From the human T2T-CHM13v2.0 reference genome, Homo sapiens: DNA of 64,000 bases. The position numbers and the translations under genes were made by a program. The stretch lies in assembly GCF_009914755.1 (NCBI RefSeq), contig NC_060926.1; one strand, given 5' to 3'. Position 1 is the stretch's first letter. Each line of letters opens with the position of its first letter. Shown here piece after piece: positions 1 through 11,781 of this stretch. The notes beneath the pieces are model-generated. The model was not told the DNA's origin. It searched no databases and worked only from the letters and a program-made list of their open reading frames with translations.

Positions 1-3000
1 TCTTCACATAAAAACTAGACAGAAGCATTCTCAGAAACTTCTTTGTGATGCTTGCATTCAACTCACAGAGTTGAACATTCCTTTTCATAGAGCAGTTTTG
101 AAAAACAGTTTTTGTAGAATCTGTAAATGGAAACTTTGAGTGCTTTGAGGCCTATGGTGAAAAAGGAAATATCTTCCCATAATAACTAGACAGAAGAATT
201 CTCAGACACTTCGTTGTGATGTGTGCACTCAAATCACAGAATTGAACTTCTCTTTTGATAGAGAAGTTTTTAAACACTCTTTTTGTAGGATCCGCAAGTG
301 GATATTTGGATAGCTTTGAGGATTTTGTTGCAGACGTGAATACCTTCACATAAAAACTAGACAGAAGCATTCTCAGAAACTTCTTTGTGATGTTTGCATT
401 CATCTCACAGAGTTGAACTTTCCCTTTCCTAGAGCAGTTTTGGAAAACTCTTTTTGTAGTATCTGCAAGTGGACATTTGGAGCGCTTTGAGGCCTATGGT
501 GAAAAAGGAAATATCTTCCCATAAAAACTACACAGAAGCATTCTCAGAAACTTCTTTGTGATGTGTGAACTCAACTCACAGAGCTAAAACTTTCTTTTGA
601 TACAGCAGTTTTTAAACACTGTTCTTGTAGAATTTACAACTGGATATTAGGGCAGCATTGAGGATTTCATGGGAAACGGGAATATCTTCACATAAAACTA
701 GACAGAAGCATTCTCAGAAGCTGCTTTTTGATGTGTGTTTTCAACTCAAAGAGTTGAATCTTTCTTTCGATAGAGCAGATTGGAAACAGTCTTTTTGTAC
801 AATTTGCAAGCGGATGTTTGGATAACTTTGAGGCCTTTGCTGTAAACGGGAATATCTTCACATAAAAACTAGACAGAAGCATTCTCAGAAACTTCTTTGT
901 GATGTTTGCATTCATCTCCTAGAGTTGAACATTAGCTTTTATACAGCAGATTGGAAACACTCTTTTTGGAGTATTTGGAATTGGACATTTGGAGCGCTTT
1001 GAGGCCTATGGAGAAAAAAGGAAATATCTTCACAGAAAAACTAGACAGAAGCATTCTCAGAAACTGCTTTGTGATGCTTGCAATCAACTCACAGAGTTGA
1101 ACATTCCTTTTCATAGAGCAGTTTTGAAACACTCTTTTTGTTGAATCTGTAAGTTGAAACTTGAAACACTTTGAGGCGTATGGTGAAAAAGGAGGTATCT
1201 TCCCATGAAAACTAGACACAAGAATTCTAAGAAACTGATTTCTGATGTGTGTACTCAACTCACAGAGTTGAACTTTTCTTTTAATAGAGCAGTTTTGAAA
1301 CACTCTTTTTTTGTAGAATCTGCAAGTGGATATTTGGATAGCTTTGAAGATTTCGTTGGAAAGGGGAATATCTTCACATAAAAACTAGACAGAAGCATTC
1401 TCAGAAACTTCTTTGTGATGTTTGCATTCATCTCCTAGAATTCAACATTCTCTTTTATAGAGCAATTGGAAACACTCTTTTTGGAGTATTTGAAATTGGA
1501 CATTTGGAGCACTTTGAGGCCTATGGTGAAAAAGGAAATATCTTCACAGCAAAACTAGACAGAAGCATTCTCAGAAACCTTTTGTGATGTGCGTACTCCA
1601 ACTCACAGAGTTGAACCTTTCTTTTGATACAGCAGTTTTGAAACACTCTTTTTATAGAATCTGCAAGTTGATATTTGGATAGATTGACGCTTTCCTTGGA
1701 AACGGGAATATCTTCACATAAAAACTACACAGAAGCATTCTCCGAAACTTCTTTGTGATGCTTTCATTCAACTCACTGAGTTGAACATTCCTTTTCATAG
1801 AGCAGTTTTGCAACACTCTTTTTGTAGAATCTATAAATGGAAACTTGGAGCGCTTTGAGGTGTACGGTGAAAAAGGAAATATCTTCCCATAAAAACTAGA
1901 CAGAAGAATTCTCAGAAACTTCATTGTGATTTGTGTACTCAACTCACAGAGTTGAACTTTTCTTTTGATGAGCAGTTTTGAGGCATGCTTTTTGTAGAAT
2001 TTACAAGTGGATATTGGACACCATTGAGTATTTCGTTGGAAATGGGAATATCTTCACATGAAACTAGACAGAACAATTTTCAGGAACTTCTTTGTGATGT
2101 GTGCATTCAACTCACAGAGTTGAAAGTTTCTTTTGATAGAGCAGATTGGAAACACTCTTTTTGTAGAATTTGCAAGTGGATATTTGGACAGCTTTGAGGC
2201 CTTCACTGGAAACGGGTATATCTTCACATAAAAACTAGAAAGAAACATTCTCAGAAACTTTTTTGTGATGCTTGCATTCAACTCACTGACTTGAACATTC
2301 TTTTTCATAGAATAGTTGTGAAACACTCCTTTTGTGGAATCTGTAATTGGAAATTTTGAGCTCTTTGAGGGCTATGGTGAAAAAGGAAATATCTTCCAAT
2401 AAAACTAGGCAGAAGAATTCTCAGAAACTTCTTAGTGATGTGTGTATTCATCTCACAGAGTTGAAACTTTCTTTTGATAGAGGAGTTTTGAAACACTCTT
2501 TTTGTAGTATCTGCAAGTGGATATTTGGATAGCTTTCAGGATTTCATTGGAAACGGGAACATCTTCACATAAAAATTAGACAGAAGCATTCTCAGAAACT
2601 TCTTTGTGATGTTTGCATTCATCTCACAGAGTTGAACATTCCCTTTCATGGAGCAGTTTTGAAACTCTCTTTTTGTAGAATCTGCAAGTGGACATTTGGA
2701 GCTCTTTGAGGCCTATGGTGAAAAAGGAAATATTTTCACATAAAAACTAGACAGAAGCATTCTAAGAAACTTCTTTGTGATGTCTGCATTCAACTCACAG
2801 AGTTGAACATTCCCTTTCATGGAGCAGTTTTGAAACTCTCTTTTTGTAGTATCTGGAAGTGGATATTTGGAGCGCTTTGAGGCCTATGGTCAAAAAGGAA
2901 ATATCTTCACATAAAAACTAGAGAGAAGCATTCTCAGAAACTTCTTTGTGATGTGTGTAATCAACTGATGGAGTTGAGCCTTTCCTTTGCTACAGCAGTT

Positions 3001-3006
3001 TTGAAA
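1..3006 (+). repeat. Alpha satellite block 1, ~171-bp monomers, irregular mix of A-type and B-type monomers
   Basis: AAAACTAGACAGAAGCATTCTCAGAAAC recurs every ~171 bp. A-box GGCCTATGGTGAAAAAGG alternates irregularly with degenerate B-box TTTCGTTGGAAACGGG variants. Confidence 0.98.
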
Positions 3007-5998
3007 TTTCCTATTTCAACAGAGGCATCATTGGGTTCAGAAATATCCTTTTGCAGGTTCTACAAAAGGATTGTTTCCAAACAGCTCAATGAAAAGAAAG
3101 GTTCAAATCCGTGTGATGAATGCACACATTACAAAGTTTTCAGAATGCTTATGTCTAGTTTTTATGTGATGATATTTCTTTATCTCCATAGGCCTCAAAA
3201 TGCTCAGATATATACCACTGCAGATACTACAAAAAGACTGTTTCCAATCTGCTAAATCAAAAGAAAAGTTCTACTCTGTGAGATGAAAGCACACATCATA
3301 AGGAAGTTTCCCAGAATGCTTCTGTATAGTTTTCTGTGAAGATATTTCCTTTTTCACCATAGGCCACAAACCACTCACAAATATCCCTATGCAGATAGTA
3401 CAAAAAGACTGTTTCTGAATTGTGCATTCATAAGAAAGTTTCTACACTGTGAGAGTAATACGCATGTCAGAAAGAAGTTTCTCAGAATGTTCTGTCTAGT
3501 TTTTATGTGAAGATATTTCCTATTTCACCTTAGTCCTCAAAGGGCTGACAAATATCCCTTTACAGATTCTACAATAAGACTTTTTCCAAACTGATCAACA
3601 AAAAGAAAGGTTCAACTCTGATCAAGGAATGGACATCACACAAAGAAGTTTCTCAGAGTGCATCTGTCTAGTTATTATGTGAAGACATTTGTTTTTCACC
3701 ATAGGCCTCAAACAGCTCAGAAATATCCCGTTGCAGATTGTACAAAAAGACAGTTTCCAAACTGCTCAATCAAAACAAAGGTTCGACACTGTGAGATGAA
3801 TACACTCATCACAAAGACGTTTCTCAGAATGCTTCTGTTTAGTTTTTATGTGAAGATATTTCCTTTTTCACCATAGGCCTCAAAGCACTCCAAACATCCA
3901 TTTGCAGATTCTACAAAAAGAGAGTTTCTAAACTGCTCAATCGAAAGAAAGATTCAACTCTGTGAGATGAATGCAAACATCATAAAGTAGTTTCTCAGAA
4001 TGCTTCTGTCTAGTTTTTATGTGAAGATATTTCCTTTTTCACCATACCTATCAAAGCGCTCAAAATATCCCTTTGCAGATTCTCTGAAAAGACTCTTTCC
4101 AAACTTCTCAATCAAAAGAATGGTTCAACTATGTGAGATGGATGCACATATCACAAAGAAGTTTCTCTGAAATCTTCTGTCTAGTTTTTATGTGAAGATA
4201 TTTCCTTTTTCACCACAGACCTCAAGCCGCTCACAAATATCCCTTTGCAGATTTTACAAGAACAGAGTTTCCAGACTCGTCAAAGAATAGAAACTTTTAT
4301 CTCTGTGAGATGAATGCACACCTTGCAAAACAGCTTCTCAGAAACATTCTTTATAGTTTTTATTGAAGATATTTCCTTTTTCACCATAGGCCTCAGAGAG
4401 CTGACAAATATACCTTTGCCAATTCTACAAAAATACTGTTTCCAAACTGCTCAATCAAAAGAATGGTTCAACTCTGTGAGATGAATGCACACATAGCCAT
4501 GAACTTTCTCAGAAACTTCTGTCAAGGTTTTATGTGATGATATTTCCTTTTTCACCATAGGCCTCAAACTGCTCACAAATATCCCTTTGCAGATTGCACA
4601 AGAAAAGAGTTTCCCATCTGCTCAATGAAAAGAAACGTTTACCTCTGTGAGATGAATGCACACATTACAAAGCAGTTTCTCAGAAACCTTCTGTCTAGTT
4701 TTTATGTGAAGATATTTCCTTTTTCACTATAGGCCTCAAAGTGTTCACAAATATCCCTTTGCATATTCTACAAAAAGACTGTTTCCAAATTGCTCAATCA
4801 AAGGAATGGCTCAACTCTGTGAGATGAGTGCACACACCACACAGATGTCTCTCAGAAAGCTTCTGTCTAGTTTTCATGTGAAGATATTTCCTTTTTCACC
4901 ATAAGCCTGAAAGTGTTCACAAATATCCATTTGCAGATTCTACAAAATACTGTTTCCAAAATGCTCAATCAATAGAAAGGTTCAACTCTGTGAAATGAAG
5001 TCACACATCACAAATCAGTTTCTCAGAAACCTTCTTTCTAGTTTTTATGTGAAGACATTTCCTTTTTCAACATAGGCTTCAAAGTGCTCACAAATATCCC
5101 TTTGCAGATTCTACAAGAAGACTGTTACCAAAGTGCTCAATCAGAAGAATGGTTCAACTCTGTGAGATGAATGTACACATCAAAAAAAAAGTTTCTCAGA
5201 AAGCTTCTGTCTAGTTTTTATGTGAAGATATTTCCTTTTTCACCATTGGCCTCCAAGTGCTTGCAAATATCCCTTTGCCGATTCTACAAAAATACTGTTT
5301 CCAAACTGCTCAATCAAAAGAATGGTTCAACTCTGTGAGATGAATGCACACACAACCAGGAATTTTCTCAGAAACTTCTGTCAAGTTTTTATGTGATGAT
5401 ATTTCCATTTTCACCACAGGCCTCAAACTGCTCACAAATATCCCTTTGCAGATCCTACAAGAACAGAGTTTCCAATCTGCTCAATGAAAAGAAACATTTA
5501 CCTCTGTGAGATGAACACACACATCACAAAGCAGTTTATCATAAATCTTCTTTCTAGTTTTTATGTGAAGATATTTCCTTTTTCACCATAGGCCTCAAAG
5601 CGCTCACAAATATCCCTCTGCACATTCTACAAAAACACCATTTCCAAGCTTTTCAATCAAAAGAATGGTTTAACTCTGTGAGATGAATCCACACATCACA
5701 AAGTAGTTTCTCAGAAAGCTTCTATCTAGTTTTTATGTGAAGCTATTTCCTTTTTCACCATAGACCTCAAAGCACTCACAAATATCACTTTGCAGATTGT
5801 ACAAGAACAGAGTTTCCAGACTGATCAAGGGAATGAAACGTTTAACTCTGTGAGATGAATGCAGACATCACAAAGCAGTTTCTCGGAAACATTCATTATA
5901 GTTTTTATGTGAAGGTATTTCCTTTTTCACCATGGCCTCAAAGCGCTCATAAATATCCCTTTGCAGATTGTACAACAACAGAATTTCCAAAGTGCTCA
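3007..5998 (-). repeat. Alpha satellite block 2, inverted relative to block 1, A-type monomers
   Basis: The reverse-complement motif GTTTCTCAGAA..CTTCTGTCTAGTTTTTATGTGAAGATATTTCCTTTTTCACCATAGGCC recurs every ~171 bp. Confidence 0.98.
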
Positions 5999-6719
5999 TA
6001 ATTAGTTTTTAGGACCAACATGAGCATTTAGAAACACTGCTTGTGGTGCAGCACACATGTGTTATCCACACTGAAATTAGGAATTCAACAGAAGTCCATG
6101 TAGAGCCGAAAATGTGAATATTTGGGGACCTCGGAGATGATCTAGCTCACTTTATTTTGTAGAAAAGAAAACAGATTCAGGGAAAGGGCATGCATTGCCT
6201 AAGGTGATTCTGCAGCTTTGGTGCAGAAACAAAACACAGCTAAGGTGATTCATCAGGTTTGGAGCAGAAATGCAATACAATCTCTGTTCTTTTGCTCCTC
6301 AGATCCAGAATTTTTTCACAATACTGAACTACTTATGTTTCTGATTCCTTATTTTTTCTTTTTAAATTTTGCCAGTATTGTCTTACAAAGATCCTATTCT
6401 TTACCCTAAATATTTAAATTGGTTACCACTATTGTCTCTTTATAAGTAAAATTACTAGTTGTTATTATAAATGATTATTCAATCACTTTTCATTTTTGGG
6501 GGTCCAGTACAAAGTTAGTAACAAATAAACACTATTGGCCTTGGCAATCCAAGAGGAGCTCAAGTCCTCCAGGGCACGTCAGGAAAAGGCTAAATGACAG
6601 CTGTGCTGCGAGTGGACAGAATACAGCTCTCATACAGACTATTGAATATTTGATGTTCTTCAACAATTTCATTAATCTTCAGTTTTTTTCCTCTTTGAAG
6701 TGAAAGTCTGCTATGACTT

Positions 6720-7150
6720 TCAACTTTCTTTTGAAATAATTATAGATTCACAGGAAGTTGCAAAAGGTACAGGGATGTCTTAGGTACTCTTCACTAATTC
6801 CAGTGGTGACATCTCGCATAGCCATAGAGCATTATCAAAACCTGGAAACTGACATAGGTACAATTCAGAAAGCTTACTCAGATTGCAACTGTTTTGCATG
6901 CATTCATTTTTGTACGTGTGTATGTGTGTCCATGTGTTCTGTTCATTTTTATGTGGTGTAGATCTCTGTAACTACCACTTCGACAGTCAAGATGCAGAAC
7001 TGTAGCCTCACCACCAGGCTCCAACTTGGGATCTTTGCTGACACTCTGACACGTTTTCCTCCACCCCTTCCCCTTGGCAACCCCATAGTCTGTTCTCCAT
7101 CTTTACAATTTTATTTCAATAATTTATATAAATGTAATTATACAACATCG
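6720..7150 (-). mobile_element. Old L1M (L1MC/MD-like) 3' end fragment
   Basis: TTTTGAAATAATTATAGATTCACAGGAAGTTGCAAAA and downstream motifs are typical of antisense L1M 3' UTRs. Boundaries approximate. Confidence 0.6.
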
Positions 7151-7879
7151 TATTTTTAAAGGGAAAAAACAAGCCACAGATAGTTTTGTTAGCACTGTAA
7201 AACAGTCTTTAACATTCATCTGTTTTATGTTCTATTTGTCTCAAAAAATGTGCTTTGTTCTTTCCCATACTTTCTGATATCAGGATAGGAAATCAATACC
7301 AAACAAAACAATTCCATTCATTTTTTTCCACAGCTTGGTTTTCACTGTTGTTGCCTAACATTTATTGTTGCATTCACTCTTTCTCTCTGTTTTCCATCAC
7401 CTAAAAGTAACTTTGTGTTCTTTATCTCTTCTAAGAAAACTTGGTAATGAGCCTTTAATGTGACGCCTGGACCACCCTTGTTTTGATTTTGTGTTATGGG
7501 TGTTCTTTTGTGTGATCGTTCTCATGGAGAGACCTTGTGAAGCTGGGCTTTTCCAGTGGTTTGTCAAAATGGAAATAGATATTTAACAAACCAAACACAA
7601 AATGACCTTGTTCCAGGAATGCATCATTTCTGAGAAAACACTACCTTTTCCAACTAGATATTGTGAATATTACTCATATTATCTTTTACTCCCTTTTATT
7701 AAAACTGTATTTTTTTTTACACTTTTGTGTAACTCGGGTAATGAAATGTGAAACTAAGTGATTGCCTACCAGTTACAATTGATGTTAACGATGCTACTGG
7801 GAGGCCACCCCTACAGTGGCTGCGCCAAGTCTAGGGACATGCTAGCTTTGCTAAGTTACATGAGATTGCCTACATACTA

Positions 7880-8736
7880 AACGGAGGTGGGGGACGGGTC
7901 CGAGGATGCAGCGGTGCTGCCCTGCCCCGACATGGAAGCTCCGGATGGGGCCCCAGGCACAGCCCAGAGCTGGCGGTGGGCACACGATGGTGGACGACAC
8001 CACAGCATCCAGTGGATCACCACCAGGGGCAAGCGAACCACGGGACCATGGCCATGAGCACTGCCAGATGGGCCGTGTGGCAGGCTTCCAGCCCCAGACA
8101 CACCGTGACGTGCCGGGCGGGTGGGGGGCAGGCAGGGGGTGGGTGGGCGAGGAGGACGGTGCCTCAGAGGAGTGTTGGGGAGGAGGGGCACTGGAGCTGT
8201 GGTCAGCCAGTCGCTGGGCCGCCTCCAGGGGTGGACGGCGAACTGCGGCGACTGTGACGTGCTCCCCCACCCTCTCCCCGGTGGACCCTTCCTATTTGCC
8301 TTCCTCCCAACCCCCAACAAGCCCCCACCACCGACGACGTGAGACGACGACGGCATGGGACCTTCCACCCCGCCAGGGCCAATGAACCCCACACCATGAG
8401 CTGCATGAGGCATGAGGGAGCCCCCAAGGGAGGAACCCAGACCGTGATGGTGGCCACAGGAACTCGGCTGCAGCCGGCTATCTTCCCTTTCTATTTTCAT
8501 GGGTGGCGGTGCTGCCCTCTCTCTCTTCCTCACAGCCGGGAGCCCCCCTTCCCCACGCCACCCAACGCGTGACTACACAGGGCCGCAGGGGGAGGGGGAA
8601 GGGGCGGGCACAGCAGGATAGGAGGGCGAATGTCACCGGTCTACACTTGGGGGGACAGAGGGCCCCGTGGGCCCTGCCAGGGAACAGTCATGCACCCCGA
8701 GGAGCCCAGAGGCAACCCTGGGGGATTTTGATTGGC
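7880..8736 (-). pseudogene. rDNA ITS2 fragment (truncated, decayed)
   Basis: GC-rich sequence contiguous with the 3' end of 5.8S, with ITS2-like motifs such as CGACGACGTGAGACGACGACG. No 28S 5' end follows. Confidence 0.85.
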
Positions 8737-8892
8737 AAGTGACGCTCAGACAGGCATAGCCCTGGGAGGAACCCGGGCCGCAAGTGCATTCGAAGAGTCG
8801 ATGATCAACGTGTCTTGCAGTTCACATTAATTCTCCCAGCTAGCTGTGTTGTTCATTGACACAGGAGCTGAGTGATCCACCACTAAAAGTCA
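8737..8892 (-). pseudogene. 5.8S rRNA pseudogene (probably RNA5-8SP5)
   Basis: The reverse complement matches 5.8S end to end (AAGTGACGCTCAGACAGGC...GTGATCCACCACTAAAAGTCA) with many CG>TG/CA changes. Confidence 0.97.
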
Positions 8893-9932
8893 TACAAGGT
8901 TGATTTGGCGAGGGCACTCCCAACAACGGGAGGCCCTCCTGGCACAGCACGTCACCCAGAGGGGTTACCTCAGGCTGGCCAGTCAGACAGCAACTGGACC
9001 AGACTCCAGAGAGGGGTTGGAAGGTTTCACAACACAGAGAGGTGGTGCCGACCACAGTGGGGGGCAAACGCTGACACCACCCCATGGGAGCCCAGGGGTT
9101 CCCGCCCCCACAGAGCGGGGTACAGGCCACACGTGCAGCATGCACGACAGCACGATGGCCACTGGGTAAAGCCCCCACCGACATCAGTGGCGACACGCAA
9201 GTGTGGCGTGGCCCCAGCTGGCCGGGGGGACGGAGTCGGCAGGGGAGGCGAGGGAGGGGCGGGCCCCTCCTGAACGGACTCCACTGTGGGCCCACTGCAC
9301 CTGACCCACAGGCAGACCGGCGACCCCTCAAGGGGTCCTTAAACCTCTGCACCAGAATGCGCTAGGTACCTGGATGGCGGGGGCGGATGAGGGGGGTGGG
9401 ACCAGCATCCGGCCCCCTACCCTCGAGACCCCCTAGCGGGAAGGCTGGGGAGAGCAAGCGGGCCGGGCCGGGCCAGTGGCATGGTTTGGCAGAGGTGACG
9501 ATGGTGGCAGCGGCAGCGATGGGAACCTGGCCAGCCCCAAAGGGAGTGGGCAGGATGGGGCTGGGACAGTGGGACAGGGCACGATGACAGCCCCAGTGGG
9601 GAGGGCACTGAGACCCCCACCCCACCGTGACGCCGAGAACCACCCCCGCGCCCACCGACACACACATGGGGGCCACAGCAGGGGACTGCTCCCCACTGCT
9701 CACCAGGCTGCGAGCCATCCAGCCCGCCCCACGACACGCACACACGGTTTCATCCCCACACGCATGTCTCTTTCTACCCCCTCTCTCCCTCCCGAGTTCT
9801 CTGGCTCTCGGGGCAGGTGGGGCCATGCAACGAACAAAGGGCACGACTCCGCCCATGCATGCGCCACAGGGGAACACGGTCAGCCAAGGAGGAAGGACAT
9901 GGCGGCGTCTCCGTGGCTTCGCTCTTCTCTGT
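8893..9932 (-). pseudogene. rDNA ITS1 (decayed)
   Basis: ~1.04 kb GC-rich spacer between the 18S 3' end and the 5.8S 5' end. Confidence 0.92.
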
Positions 9933-9966
9933 TAATGATCCCTCCGCAGGTTCACCTACCGAAACT

Positions 9967-10002
<36 letters not shown>

Positions 10003-11781
10003 CGACTGTCTTCTCAGCGTTCCGCCAGGGCAGTGGGCTGACCCAGCGGGCTGATCCGAGGGCCTCACTAAACCATCCAATCAGGAGTAGCGACTGCAGT
10101 GTGTACAAAGGGCAGGGACTTCATGCAAGCTTATGACCAGCACTTACTGGGAATTCCTCATTCATGGGGAAAAATTGCAATCCCTGATCACCATCGCCAA
10201 TGAGGTTCAACAGGTTACCCACATCTGCCACATAGGGTAGGCACACGCTGAGCCAGTCAGTGTAGCGCGCGTGCAGCCCTGGACATTTAAGGGCATCACA
10301 GACCTGTTATTGCTCAATCTCAGGTGGCTGAACGCCACTTGTCCCTCTAAGAAGTTGGGGGATGCCGACCGCTCCAGGGTCACATAACTAGTTGGCATGC
10401 CAGAGTCTCGTTCGTTATTGGAATTAGCCAGACAAATCACTCCAGCAACTAAGGCCATGCACCACCACCCGTGGAATCGAGAAAGAGCTATCAATCTGTC
10501 AATCCTGTCCGTGTCCAGGCTGGGTGAGTTTTCCCATGTTGAGTCAAATTAAGCTGCAGGCTCCACTCCTGGTGGTGCCCTTCTGTCAATTCCTTTAAGT
10601 TTCAGCTTTGCAACCATACTCCCCTCGGAACCCAAAAACCCAAAGACTGGTTTCTTGGAAGCTGCCCAGCGGGTCATGGGAATAACACCGCCACATCGCC
10701 AGTTGGCATCGTTTATGGTCGGAATTACAACGGTATCTGATCGTCTTCGAACCTCCGACTTTCGTTCTTGATTAATGAAAACATTCTTGGCAAATGCTTT
10801 CGCTCTGGTCTAAACTGCCAGTCCAAGAATTTCACCTCTAGCGGTGCAATATGAATGCCCCCGGCCGTCCCTCTTAATCATGGCCTCAGTTCCGAAAACC
10901 AACAAAATAGAACTGTGGTCCTATTCCATTATTCCAAGCTGCAGTATCCAGGCGGCTTGGGCCTGCTTTGAACACTCTAATTTTTTCAAAGTAAGTGCTT
11001 CGGGCCACAGGACACTCAGCTAAGAGCATCCAGGGGGCACCGAGAGGCAAGAAGCAGGGACGGGCTGTGGCTCGCTAGCCCACCCGCTCCCAAGATTCAA
11101 CTACGAGCTTTTTAACTGCAACAACTTTAATATACGCTATTGGAGCTGGAATTACCACGGCTGCTGGCACCAGACTTGCCCTCCAATTGATCCTCATTAA
11201 AAGATTTAAAGTGCACTCATTCCAATTACAGGGCCTAGAAAGAGTCCTGTATTGTTATTTTTCGTCACTACCTCCCCGTGTCAGGAGTGGGTAATTTGAG
11301 TGTCTGCTGCCTTCCTTGAATGTGGTAGCCATTTCTCAGGCTCCTTCTCCAGAATTGAACCCTGATTCCCTGTCACCCGTGGTCACCATGATAGGCACAG
11401 CGACTACCATAGAAAGTTGATAGGGCAGACATTCGAATGGGTCATCGCTGCCACGGGGGGCGTGCGATTGGCCCGAGGTTATCCAGAAGCACCAAAGCTG
11501 GCGGCACCCGACCCCCCGGCCGGGGACGGAGAGGGGCTGACTGGGTTGGTTTTGATCTGATAAATGCACGCATCTTCCCTGTGAAGGGGGTCAGTGCCCT
11601 TCGGCATGTAATAGCTCTAGAATTACCACAGTTTTCCAAGTAGGAGAGGAGCCAGCGACCAAAAGAACCATAACTGATTTAATGAGCCATTCGCAGTTTT
11701 ACTGTACCAGCCCTGCGTACTTAGACATGTATGGCTTAATCTTTGAGACAAGCATATGGTTCTGATAGGATCAACCAGGTA
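9933..11781 (-). pseudogene. 18S rRNA pseudogene, near full length
   Basis: 5' end TACCTGGTTGATCC at 11781 and 3' end GGTGAACCTGCGGAGGGATCATTA at 9933. Numerous substitutions and small deletions in conserved helices, e.g. near 10120, 10450 and 10810. Confidence 0.98.

Noticed and set aside
152-3876. Short ORFs in alpha satellite
   Set aside because: Chance frames in the 171-bp repeat; the recurring peptides simply reflect monomer repetition.
1-5998. CRISPR-like regularly spaced repeats
   Set aside because: The whole monomer repeats with no unique spacers; this is eukaryotic alpha satellite.
8737-11781. Functional 18S/5.8S rRNA genes
   Set aside because: CpG decay, indels in conserved helices, no Pol I promoter and no contiguous 28S.
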